Below, in pieces: positions 47,855-56,982 of a DNA stretch of 64,000 nucleotides. Every line of letters begins with the position of its first letter. The stretch's first letter is position 1. The DNA is from Calditrichia bacterium (lineage in GTDB: Bacteria; Calditrichota; Calditrichia; RBG-13-44-9; J075). Under the pieces are notes generated by a model. That model was not told where the DNA came from, did no database searches, and saw only the letters and a program-made list of their open reading frames with translations. A program made the translations under genes and the position numbers. The stretch spans positions 80,441 through 144,440 of the forward strand of contig JANQRS010000016.1 of the NCBI GenBank assembly GCA_028284445.1, given 5' to 3'.

Positions 47855-49444
47855 ATGCAGTTAATGATTCGGATAATATTTATCGGGTGTGTGTTGAGCG
47901 CTGCGCTGTTTGCTCACCAGGACTCACCGGATGACCAGGTGCTCTTCTTCGACGCCAAGAAAAAAGTGATGTCTGAGGCGTATCTGGATGCCATTAATGA
48001 CCTGGAAAAGCTGGTTGACAGCTATCCGGAAAGCCGTTATGTCGATGACGCCAAGTTTTGGATTGGGTACTGCCTGGAAAAGATCCCTGAGCGGCAAATC
48101 GAGGCGTTCAAGGCATTTCAGCTGGTGGTGAGCAACTTCCCGGCAAGCTCCTGGGCTGACGATGCCCTTGCTCACCAGATTATGTTGGCGGAGCAGTTTG
48201 TGCGCAACGGCAAGGAAGAATATCGGGATGTGCTCGAGAAGCAGCTGGACAATAGTAATGAAGATGTGCAGTATCAGGCCGCTATTTCGCTCGGCAAATT
48301 GGGCGACCAACAGGCGCTGCCGGCGCTACGGGAAATGCAGCAAGTAGAGCGCTGGCGCTCTACCGCCTCGGAGTTGCTGCGGAATTTCGAGAATGATGCC
48401 TCCGTGCCGGGCCTGGAAAACTACTCCGTGTTTGGTCCCGGTATTCCCGAATACCGGCGCGAAAATCCTGAGGATATTGTCTTGCCGAGCGAAGGAATAG
48501 ATCTGCTGACCATCCAGCCGGAGCGCTACCGCCATTATCGCAGTATGTTGAAGACCGATAAGGACTGGCAACTGCCGGAACTGGTTGATTTCGGCCTTTG
48601 GCATATTCTGAATATTGAAGAATTTGCAGACTATAATGGACTGAGTAGCACCTTTGACCGGCGTGAATGGCTGCGAAAGTTCTGGAAAGAAAACGATCCC
48701 ACGCCAACCACAGAAAAGAATGAGCTGAAGGACGAATTCGTTAAGCGAATCGTTTATGCCCATCAACATTTTTCGGAACCAATGAAGTCCAAGAAACAGC
48801 AATATCTGGAGGACCAATATCTGATGACAGGCGTACCGCGTGCCCCGTGGGACTCGCGTGGTGAGATGTATGTTAAGTTCGGTAACCCCGATCACCGCGG
48901 TGTTCTGGCCCTCAGCCGCGAGCGCTGGAATTACGGACGCTACCAGATCTCTTTTATTATCAAAAAGCACGTGACCAACATCTATGGAAACGGTATCCAG
49001 GGAAATTCCTTCCTGGCGCGCCTCGGTCCGGCATATGATCAGTCGGAGATGGTCCGTGCAAATTATATCGATCGCGAACAATTTCATTTCATGGCAGATT
49101 ATCAGAAGAAGATGATCGAGGGTCTGGAAGTGCAGGTCAAACCGGGTAGCAGCGGTAGCAGCGAGATTCGCTTACAGGTGCCGTTGGCGGAATTTAAACC
49201 GGAACGCGAAAACGAGATTTATCGCAAGCAACTGCGCTATACGATTGTGGCCTTTAATGAGGATATGGATGAAACCAAGCGGATATCAGAACGGACCTCT
49301 ATCGAAAGTCCGTCCCGTGGAAAAAAGGTACCCCTGACGGCCATCATTGCCTTGCCGGCCGGGGAATATCAAATTGGCATTCGCGTAGAGGATCCGGAAA
49401 GCGGCCTTCTGGCCATTGCGAAAACGGAACTGTCGGTGAAATGA
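47855..49444 (+). CDS. Exported TPR + HEAT + GWxTD-like domain protein
   Basis: 'YPESRYVDDAKFWIG' TPR, HEAT repeat, 'FWKENDPTPTTEKNE...RIVYA...PWDSRGEMYVKFGNPD'. Confidence 0.8.
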   Translation: MQLMIRIIFIGCVLSAALFAHQDSPDDQVLFFDAKKKVMSEAYLDAINDLEKLVDSYPESRYVDDAKFWIGYCLEKIPERQIEAFKAFQLVVSNFPASSWADDALAHQIMLAEQFVRNGKEEYRDVLEKQLDNSNEDVQYQAAISLGKLGDQQALPALREMQQVERWRSTASELLRNFENDASVPGLENYSVFGPGIPEYRRENPEDIVLPSEGIDLLTIQPERYRHYRSMLKTDKDWQLPELVDFGLWHILNIEEFADYNGLSSTFDRREWLRKFWKENDPTPTTEKNELKDEFVKRIVYAHQHFSEPMKSKKQQYLEDQYLMTGVPRAPWDSRGEMYVKFGNPDHRGVLALSRERWNYGRYQISFIIKKHVTNIYGNGIQGNSFLARLGPAYDQSEMVRANYIDREQFHFMADYQKKMIEGLEVQVKPGSSGSSEIRLQVPLAEFKPERENEIYRKQLRYTIVAFNEDMDETKRISERTSIESPSRGKKVPLTAIIALPAGEYQIGIRVEDPESGLLAIAKTELSVK

Positions 49445-49501
49445 CGCATGACCAATGAAAAATGACGAATGACAAATTTGACATTTGACATTCGTCATTT
49501 G
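49441..49501. repeat. Inverted heptamer array between convergent genes
   Basis: ATGACGC ATGACCA ATGAAAA ATGACGA ATGACAA followed by ATTTGAC ATTTGAC ATTCGTC ATTTG. Confidence 0.8.
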
Positions 49502-49505
49502 AAAG

Positions 49506-51431
49506 TTACCCTTCAGTCGCTTTGACCATGATCTCCGTCATGCGTGAAAGGAAGTCCGTTGGTGAAGCAAGATCGGCATCCATCAATTGCGCGCCTTCAA
49601 AGAGCTGCAGGATGCACTGCCGTAGCAGTTGATCCTTGCTGTCGCCAAGGTTCAGGCGAGATAGGTTCTTGATCAAGGGATGCGTGGTGTTGATTTCCAG
49701 GATTTTCTTTGCAGATTGATAATCCTTCTGCATCATTTTCATCATGCGTTCCATCTGCGGATCGAGGCCGTTTGCACCAACCACCAAAGTCACTGCTGAA
49801 TCAACAAGACGTTTCGATTCGATCACATCTTCTACCCGGTCTCCCAAGGTCTCCTTAAAGATCTCGATCAAGGATGTGGACAGATTGTCCGCCAGCGCCT
49901 CTTCGCTACGCTCTTCGTCAGATACTTCGATATCCGCTTTGTCAATCGACTTGATGGCTTTGCCTTCAAATTCATTAAGCGACGGTACGATGAAGATGTC
50001 TGCCGGATCGGTCAATAGCAGCACTTCGATTTCTTTCTTCTTAAAATATTCAAGGTTCGGGTTGCGCTCAAGCGTCGCGCGGTTTTCGCCGGAGATATAG
50101 AAAATCTCTTTGTCGTCTTCGCCCATTCTCGACACATACTTTTCCAGGGAAGTTTGCTTACCGGCTTCAGTAAATGTGGACTCAAAGCGCAGCAGCTTGA
50201 TGAGCCGATCACGATTGCTGAAATCGGTATTGATGCCCATCTTGAAGTAGGGACCAAAGTTGCTGAAGAATTTCTCGAATTTTTCCGGCTCGTTCTTCTC
50301 AAGCGTTTCCAGGTAACTGAGAATTTTGCCAACGATGATATTCTTGATTTTGGCCATTACCGGACTATTCTGCGTGACTTCCCGGGAAACATTCAGCGGG
50401 AGATCTTCGGTGTCAACCACGCCCTTGAGGAAACGGAGGTAATCCGGCAGGAGCTCCTTGCAGTCATCCTGGATAAAGATTTTCTTTACGTACAGCTGCA
50501 GCGATTTTTCATCTTCCAGGCGGGCAAAGGGACCGGGAGCGGTATCTGGAATAAAAATCAGCGCCTTGAAGTTCACTGCCCCTTCGATAGATAAATGCAG
50601 ATGCCCCAAAGGATTTTGATAATCGTTGCTCACAAATTTATAGAATTCATTCAGCTCTTCATCATTGATTTCGCTCTTCTGCCGATGCCAGAGCGCACCA
50701 ACGCGATTAATTTCCTTACCATTCAACAGGATCGGGAAGTCCACAAAATTAGAGTATTTATTGATGATGTGCTCAATGCGATGATCTTCGCAGAATTCAC
50801 GCGACTTTTCATTCAGTTCGAAGGTGATGGTTGTTCCGCGCTCAACTTTGTCGATTGTCTCAATGGTGAAAGTACCCTGTCCGTCAGATACCCAGCGCAG
50901 GCCTTCGGAGTCTTTGTCTGCGTGACGGGTTTCGATCGTCACCTGATCCGTAACCATGAAGACGGAGTAGAAGCCGACGCCGAATTGCCCAATCATATCG
51001 CCATCAATCTTTTGTTCGCTGTCTTTCAACTGCTTGATGAATTCCATGGTGCCGGAGCTGGCGACAGTACCAATACGGTTGATAAGGTCTTCACGGGTCA
51101 TACCGATACCGTGATCCGTAATGGACAATGTGCCTTTGTCCTTGTCTGCCGTAATCTCGATATTCAGCTTGGCATCCGGAGAAACCACTTCTTTGTCGGT
51201 CAGCATCCTGAAGCGCACTTTGTTGGTCGCATCCGAGGCATTGGAAATCAGTTCTCGCAGAAAGATTTCCGGATGGGTGTACAAAGAGTGGATAATGAGG
51301 TGAAGCAACTGCTTAAGTTCCGCTTGATATTCAAACTTTTGCACTTTGCTCTTGCTGCTTTTGCGCGTGGTTTTCCCGGCAGTTTTTGATGTTTTGCTGC
51401 TTTTAGGCGACTTGGCTTTGCTTTCAGCCAT
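49506..51431 (-). CDS. htpG: Molecular chaperone HtpG (Hsp90)
   Basis: 'IFLRELISNASDA', 'IGQFGVGFYS', 'LPLNVSRE'. Confidence 0.98.
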   Translation of the reverse strand: MAESKAKSPKSSKTSKTAGKTTRKSSKSKVQKFEYQAELKQLLHLIIHSLYTHPEIFLRELISNASDATNKVRFRMLTDKEVVSPDAKLNIEITADKDKGTLSITDHGIGMTREDLINRIGTVASSGTMEFIKQLKDSEQKIDGDMIGQFGVGFYSVFMVTDQVTIETRHADKDSEGLRWVSDGQGTFTIETIDKVERGTTITFELNEKSREFCEDHRIEHIINKYSNFVDFPILLNGKEINRVGALWHRQKSEINDEELNEFYKFVSNDYQNPLGHLHLSIEGAVNFKALIFIPDTAPGPFARLEDEKSLQLYVKKIFIQDDCKELLPDYLRFLKGVVDTEDLPLNVSREVTQNSPVMAKIKNIIVGKILSYLETLEKNEPEKFEKFFSNFGPYFKMGINTDFSNRDRLIKLLRFESTFTEAGKQTSLEKYVSRMGEDDKEIFYISGENRATLERNPNLEYFKKKEIEVLLLTDPADIFIVPSLNEFEGKAIKSIDKADIEVSDEERSEEALADNLSTSLIEIFKETLGDRVEDVIESKRLVDSAVTLVVGANGLDPQMERMMKMMQKDYQSAKKILEINTTHPLIKNLSRLNLGDSKDQLLRQCILQLFEGAQLMDADLASPTDFLSRMTEIMVKATEG

Positions 51432-51775
51432 AATCTTCTCCTTTGTTACGTTCTTGCGGAATGTCCGCTGATATCAGATGACCTCATGCTATATTTCTAA
51501 CGAGGGATGAGATCGCGAAGTTTTCTCTAGTTGTATCGGAGGGCGGCGAGTTCTGCAACATCTACCCGCCCGAAAAAGATATAAACGTGCCTAATATAAA
51601 TTAGGAATTGAGCGATATCAAGAGGACCGCAGTTTTTTCGTTGCGCAGTCGCTACGGCCGTTTTGCAAATTGTTATTGGTTATGGTAAGTTATGGGCAAA
51701 AGCTTGCCTGAATTAGCGCTTATATTGACCCTCGCGTCATTTCCAGGAATCATACAGGTATCAGGAGGACTGAAT

Positions 51776-53260
51776 ATGCCCTTGCAATCCATACAGGAAT
51801 GGCCTCGTATTGAGAAAGCGGCTTTCAAAACAAAGATAGATCGCCTGCAAATTCGCTTGAAGCGGCTTCAGCGAACCGCCATCGAATTGGAAATTCCGGT
51901 CATTATCTTGTTTGAAGGGTGGGGGGCATCCGGAAAGGGAACCCAGATAAATCGCCTGATCCTCGATCTGGACCCGCGGCATTTTTCCGTACACTCGATA
52001 TTGATGGAGAAAGAGGAAGAAGCCTATCGGCCTTTCCTCTGGCGATTCTGGACGAAAATGCCTGCCAGGGGACGGATGGCCATTTTTGACCGCAGCTGGT
52101 ACCGGCGTGTGCATGTCGACCGGGTAAATAAGACCGTTCCCAAACAGTCCTGGCAAAATGCATTCAATGAGATTGCCCAATTTGAGCGGACATTGGCTGA
52201 TGATGGGACGACGATCATCAAATTTTTCCTTCACATCTCGGAAGGCGAGCAGAAAAAACGCTTTCGCCGCCTGGAAGCTGATTCGGCGACCGCCTGGCGG
52301 GTGACGAAAATGGATTGGCGCAATCACAAGCGCTACGAGAAATTCGTGAAAGTGTCGTCGGAGATGATTGAGCGAACGGATGTGCCGCATGCCCGCTGGA
52401 CGATTGTGCCTGCTGATCAGCAGCGCTACGCAACGCTGAAGATTTTCGAAACGACAATCGCTTCCTTACAGGGGGCAATCCGTAGAAAGCGTCGTCGAAT
52501 GAGAAGTGACTACAAGCCCCGGTCCGTGCGCCTGAGAAAGGTCACCTCTTCGCGCCTGGACAAGGCAAATATGAATCAGGCGCTCTCTCGCGAAGACTAT
52601 CGTGACATGTTGAGGCCCTTGCAAGACCGGATCAGGCAGTTGGAGCATCGCGTTTACCAGGAACGAGTTCCGGTGGTGATTTTATACGAAGGGTGGGATG
52701 CTGCTGGCAAAGGGGGGAACATCAAGCGCCTCACACAACGGATGGATCCTCGCGGTTACGAAGTTATACCTATTGCGGCGCCGAATGATATTGAAAAGCG
52801 CCATCATTACCTGTGGCGATTTTGGAATCATGTGCCTAAAGCCGGACATATTGCTATTTTTGATCGCACCTGGTATGGGCGAGTGCTGGTGGAGCGCATT
52901 GAGGGATTTGCCAGCGAGGCGGAGTGGCGGCGCGCTTACCGTGAAATCAATGAATTTGAGGCGCAGTTGACCGCAGCCCGCACAGTGCTTCTGAAGTTCT
53001 GGCTACATATTGACCAGGACGAACAACTGCGTCGTTTCAAGGAACGTCAGGCGATACCCGACAAGAACTGGAAGATTACGGAAGAAGATTGGCGGAACCG
53101 GGACAAATGGGATGACTATTATCAGGCTGTTGACGAAATGATATTTCGCACGAGCAAGGAAAATACGCCCTGGACAGTTGTGGAAGCCAATTCCAAACTC
53201 TTCGCTCGAATTAAGGTGCTGCGCACAACGATTGCTGCGATTGAAGCGGCTCTGGGGTAG
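51776..53260 (+). CDS. pap: Two-domain PPK2 family, polyphosphate:AMP phosphotransferase
   Basis: Tandem PPK2 domains 'FEGWGASGKG...FDRSWY' and 'YEGWDAAGKGG...FDRTWY'; AGGAGG RBS before 51776. Confidence 0.9.
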   Translation: MPLQSIQEWPRIEKAAFKTKIDRLQIRLKRLQRTAIELEIPVIILFEGWGASGKGTQINRLILDLDPRHFSVHSILMEKEEEAYRPFLWRFWTKMPARGRMAIFDRSWYRRVHVDRVNKTVPKQSWQNAFNEIAQFERTLADDGTTIIKFFLHISEGEQKKRFRRLEADSATAWRVTKMDWRNHKRYEKFVKVSSEMIERTDVPHARWTIVPADQQRYATLKIFETTIASLQGAIRRKRRRMRSDYKPRSVRLRKVTSSRLDKANMNQALSREDYRDMLRPLQDRIRQLEHRVYQERVPVVILYEGWDAAGKGGNIKRLTQRMDPRGYEVIPIAAPNDIEKRHHYLWRFWNHVPKAGHIAIFDRTWYGRVLVERIEGFASEAEWRRAYREINEFEAQLTAARTVLLKFWLHIDQDEQLRRFKERQAIPDKNWKITEEDWRNRDKWDDYYQAVDEMIFRTSKENTPWTVVEANSKLFARIKVLRTTIAAIEAALG

Positions 53261-53335
53261 CGCGCTGGATTTTCATCGATCAAGGATTACTTTTTAATCT
53301 CACCTGAGGGCGGCTGATAGAGATTGTAAAAGAGT

Positions 53336-53466
53336 AACGCGAATCTTCGCGAATAAACCCGAATGATTTGGATCTTGTTTGTCGCCTAAGCAGCAATCTA
53401 CAAATTCGCGTAAATTCGTGGTAGACTTTTTGACTCTTCCTTCCCGGGGGGAGATGGGGGGGGATT
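53336..53466. repeat. Inverted 10-bp repeat array plus a degenerate C/G palindrome half
   Basis: AACGCGAAT CTTCGCGAAT AAACCCGAAT ... ATTCGCGTAA ATTCGTGGT, then TTCCCGGGGGGAGATGGGGGGGGATT. Confidence 0.7.
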
Positions 53467-53716
53467 GGCATCGAATATAGCAACTGCAAACCGTGGATTT
53501 GAGAACGTCTTCCGAAAATATGTGCGCCTAATGACCTGGCTTAACATTCCGTTTATTAAATTGTAGCAAAATCTTAATCGTTTGTCATATTTATCGGCCT
53601 TTTTCTTACCTGGAATGCTTGTTTGGCGGTTTTTCTATGTCAATTATAGTCGAAAATCGTATATTATCCGAGTACGTCACAGGTGGTCTCAGACATCAAC
53701 CGCTATATGGAGCAAA

Positions 53717-55831
53717 ATGGGAAAGAATATTCGCAATAAGGAATTGAGCTGGCTTTCATTCAATGCCCGCTTGTTGCAAGAGGCATCTGACACCACGGTG
53801 CCGTTAATCGAACGGCTAAAATTTCTCGGTATCTTCTCTTCAAACCTGGATGAATTTTTTCGGGTACGCGTGGCCACCCTCAATCGCCTGGTGCCGATGG
53901 GACAGGCTGCTGTAAAGCTGATTGGTGCTGATCCCAAGGACGTTCTTCGGGAAATCGAAAAGGTCGTGCTGCTGCAGCAGGCAGATTTCGATGAAATCTA
54001 TCGCCGCTTGCTGAAGGAGCTGGAGCAGCACAATATATACATCGTCGATGAAAAGGGATTGATGTCCCGGCACGTTGAGTTTGTTCAGGATTATTTTCGT
54101 GAGAAGGTGCGGCCGGAACTCATTCCAATAATGATTGATCAGGTCTCAGAATTTCCGACACTCAAGGATCACTCCATCTACCTGGCTGTTCGTATGTCGC
54201 GGCGCGACGGCACCAAGAAACCCCGCTATTCAGTGATTCAGGTGCCGACCCACGTGATACCGCGCTTCCTGATTTTACCGGAATTGGATGGGCGTCAATA
54301 CGTCATGTTGCTCGATGACGTCATCCGTTTCTCGCTGGACAGTATTTTCTCGATCTTTAATTTTGACGACTACGAAGCCTATACCATTAAAGTAACGCGC
54401 GATGCGGAACTGGACCTCGACAGTGACCTCACGGAAAGCTTTATCCGCAAAATGTCCAAAGGTTTGAAGCAACGCAAACAAGGGCATCCGATCCGCTTTA
54501 TTTATGATTTGGAAATACCGGACAAATTCCTGCGTTTTCTGAGTAAACGTATGGAGTTGAAAGGGCGGGAGAGCACGCTCATTCCCGGGGCGCGCTATCA
54601 TAATTTTAAGGATTTCATGCGCTTCCCGCGCATTGGGCCGGATTCATTGCATTACGAGCCGATTTCGCCCTTGCCGCATCCGGCAATAGATCGCAGCCGC
54701 AGTTTATTGCAGACGATTGAAGAGCAGGACCTATTGCTTCATTATCCGTATCAGTCATTTGATTATGTGATCGACTTTTTGCGGGAGGCGTCAATTGATC
54801 CGAAGGTTACCAGCATCAAAATTACGCTTTACCGGGTTGCCAAGAATTCCCAGATTATCAATGCGCTGATCAATGCAGCGAAAAATGGCAAGACGGTGAA
54901 GGTCATTGTGGAGTTGCAGGCCCGCTTTGATGAAGAAGCAAATATTTTCTGGTCGGACCGCCTGCGTGAAGAAGGCGTTAAGGTGTTGCATGGCGTGCCG
55001 GGACTGAAAGTACATGCCAAAATGATCCTCGTTACCCGGAAAATCAAAGGGCGCAAGTATATTTACGCCAACGTATCTACCGGGAATTACAATGAAGCCA
55101 CGGCACGCATATACAGCGACCACAGCATGTTTACCAGTGACCGCTTTATTACCGCTGAACTGAATAAGGTTTTCGATTTCATGGAAAACAACTATAAGCG
55201 CGGCGCTTATCGCAAATTGTTCGTATCGCCTTTTAATACCCGCCAGCGTTTTGAAAAGTTGATTAACGAAGAAATCAAAAATGCCCAAAAGGGGAACGAG
55301 GCCTGGATCATCATAAAGATCAACAACCTGACTGATCCGCGAATGATTCGAAAATTGTATCAAGCCAGCAAGGCCGGTGTTAAAATTCGCCTGATGGTTC
55401 GCGGTATGTTTTCTGTTGTGCCGGGACAAAGCGGCCTTAGCGAAAACATCAAGGCTTCCGGTCTGATTGACCGCTATCTCGAACATACCCGGCTTTTCGC
55501 CTTTTGTCATGGCGGTGAAGAACGTTTCTTTATGTCGAGTGCCGATTGGATGCCTCGCAACCTGGACAGTCGCGTTGAAATCACAACCCCGATTTGGGAT
55601 GAAAATATTCGCCAGGAGCTGCGCGATTTTCTTGATATACACTGGCGGGATAACGTAAAAGCCAGGATTCTGGGCGAGCATTTGCGGAATCGCTATCGCG
55701 CTAAGGGTGAAGACGACGAAGTGCGCGCGCAAGATGCTGTATATCAATATCTACGTGAAAAACTGGCCGAGTCAAAATCAAACGGCATCAAGGTTCAGTC
55801 TGTGCTGGAGCCGGTTGAAGAAGAAAGCTAG
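53717..55831 (+). CDS. ppk1: Polyphosphate kinase 1
   Basis: 'ELSWLSFNARLLQEA', 'NLDEFFRVRVA', 'LLHYPYQSF', 'LKVHAK', 'SADWMPRNLD'. Confidence 0.97.
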   Translation: MGKNIRNKELSWLSFNARLLQEASDTTVPLIERLKFLGIFSSNLDEFFRVRVATLNRLVPMGQAAVKLIGADPKDVLREIEKVVLLQQADFDEIYRRLLKELEQHNIYIVDEKGLMSRHVEFVQDYFREKVRPELIPIMIDQVSEFPTLKDHSIYLAVRMSRRDGTKKPRYSVIQVPTHVIPRFLILPELDGRQYVMLLDDVIRFSLDSIFSIFNFDDYEAYTIKVTRDAELDLDSDLTESFIRKMSKGLKQRKQGHPIRFIYDLEIPDKFLRFLSKRMELKGRESTLIPGARYHNFKDFMRFPRIGPDSLHYEPISPLPHPAIDRSRSLLQTIEEQDLLLHYPYQSFDYVIDFLREASIDPKVTSIKITLYRVAKNSQIINALINAAKNGKTVKVIVELQARFDEEANIFWSDRLREEGVKVLHGVPGLKVHAKMILVTRKIKGRKYIYANVSTGNYNEATARIYSDHSMFTSDRFITAELNKVFDFMENNYKRGAYRKLFVSPFNTRQRFEKLINEEIKNAQKGNEAWIIIKINNLTDPRMIRKLYQASKAGVKIRLMVRGMFSVVPGQSGLSENIKASGLIDRYLEHTRLFAFCHGGEERFFMSSADWMPRNLDSRVEITTPIWDENIRQELRDFLDIHWRDNVKARILGEHLRNRYRAKGEDDEVRAQDAVYQYLREKLAESKSNGIKVQSVLEPVEEES

Positions 55832-55846
55832 GGGCAGAGAGTAAGG

Positions 55847-56749
55847 GTGAAATTTGCTGCAATTGATGTCGGTTCAAATGCCGTTCGGCTTTTATTGAGC
55901 CGGGTTTTCGAAAACGATCAAGACCCTCCGTATTTCAGGCGCGAGTCGCTTATCCGGATTCCCTTGCGGCTCGGCGACGATGCTTTTACCTCAGGCAAGA
56001 TTTCCGATGAAAAAGTCGATATGTTCATAAATACCTTCAAAGGATTTAAGTACCTGATGGATGCGTATCAGCCTATCGACTACCTGGCCTGTGCCACATC
56101 CGCGATGCGCGAGGCTTCGAACGGACAGCAAATCGTAGAGACGGTTCGAAAAAAATGCAAGGTGAAGCTCGATATTATCAGCGGGGAATTTGAGGCTGAG
56201 ATTATCAAATCCAATCGCATCGACAGCCGCTTATCGCGAAAAGGCGCTTTTCTATATATTGACGTCGGCGGCGGAAGCACTGAATTGACGCTCTTCGCCG
56301 AAGGTAAGACGCTTGCTTCCCGATCCTTTAAAATCGGAACAGTTCGATTGTTAAAGGATCTCGTACCGCGTAAAAGCTGGGAGGAAATGAAGCGCTGGAT
56401 TAAAAGCAATGTGGAAGGTATAGCTGAAATTAACGGCGTAGGTAGCGGCGGGAATATCAGTAAACTGTTCCAAATGGCCAGGAAGAAGCACGATAAGCCA
56501 CTTTCATACAAGGATTTGAAGACGCTCGAACATTATATCGGCTTTCATACCTATGAAGAAAGAATCCGCCGTCTGGGATTGAAACCTGACCGGTCGGATG
56601 TTATATTGCCGGCTGTGCGAATTTACACATCCGTTATGAAATGGGCAGGTATTCGCAAGATATATGTACCGGAAATTGGCCTGGCAGACGGTATCATTCG
56701 GCTATTGTATGACCGGGAAAAAAATAATCAGTCCCGGAAAAACGGGTAA
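55847..56749 (+). CDS. ppx: Ppx/GppA exopolyphosphatase (short form)
   Basis: 'IDVGSNAVRL', 'ATSAMREASN', 'DVGGGSTE'. Confidence 0.92.
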   Translation: MKFAAIDVGSNAVRLLLSRVFENDQDPPYFRRESLIRIPLRLGDDAFTSGKISDEKVDMFINTFKGFKYLMDAYQPIDYLACATSAMREASNGQQIVETVRKKCKVKLDIISGEFEAEIIKSNRIDSRLSRKGAFLYIDVGGGSTELTLFAEGKTLASRSFKIGTVRLLKDLVPRKSWEEMKRWIKSNVEGIAEINGVGSGGNISKLFQMARKKHDKPLSYKDLKTLEHYIGFHTYEERIRRLGLKPDRSDVILPAVRIYTSVMKWAGIRKIYVPEIGLADGIIRLLYDREKNNQSRKNG

Positions 56750-56982
56750 ACTTCAAGTCCGACCGTCCGATAGTTCAGGCTTGGGCAGATCACTGTTTCA
56801 TCCCACATGTTTAATATTGTATTTTTTTGAGGATCATCACCGCCTTACGTTGAGATATTACACTATATTGTCAACTTGATTCGATTATTTCGTTTCTCAC
56901 CGGCTTTTCTTTTGAATGGTTAATGAACGAATAGTCAACAAACGCAAAAACAGGTCATAAACTCGCAGGTATCTTACAAGCT

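Noticed and set aside
51432..51700. CIRCE element upstream of htpG
   Set aside because: No TTAGCACTC-N9-GAGTGCTAA match; only a generic GGGCGG...CCGCCC hairpin.
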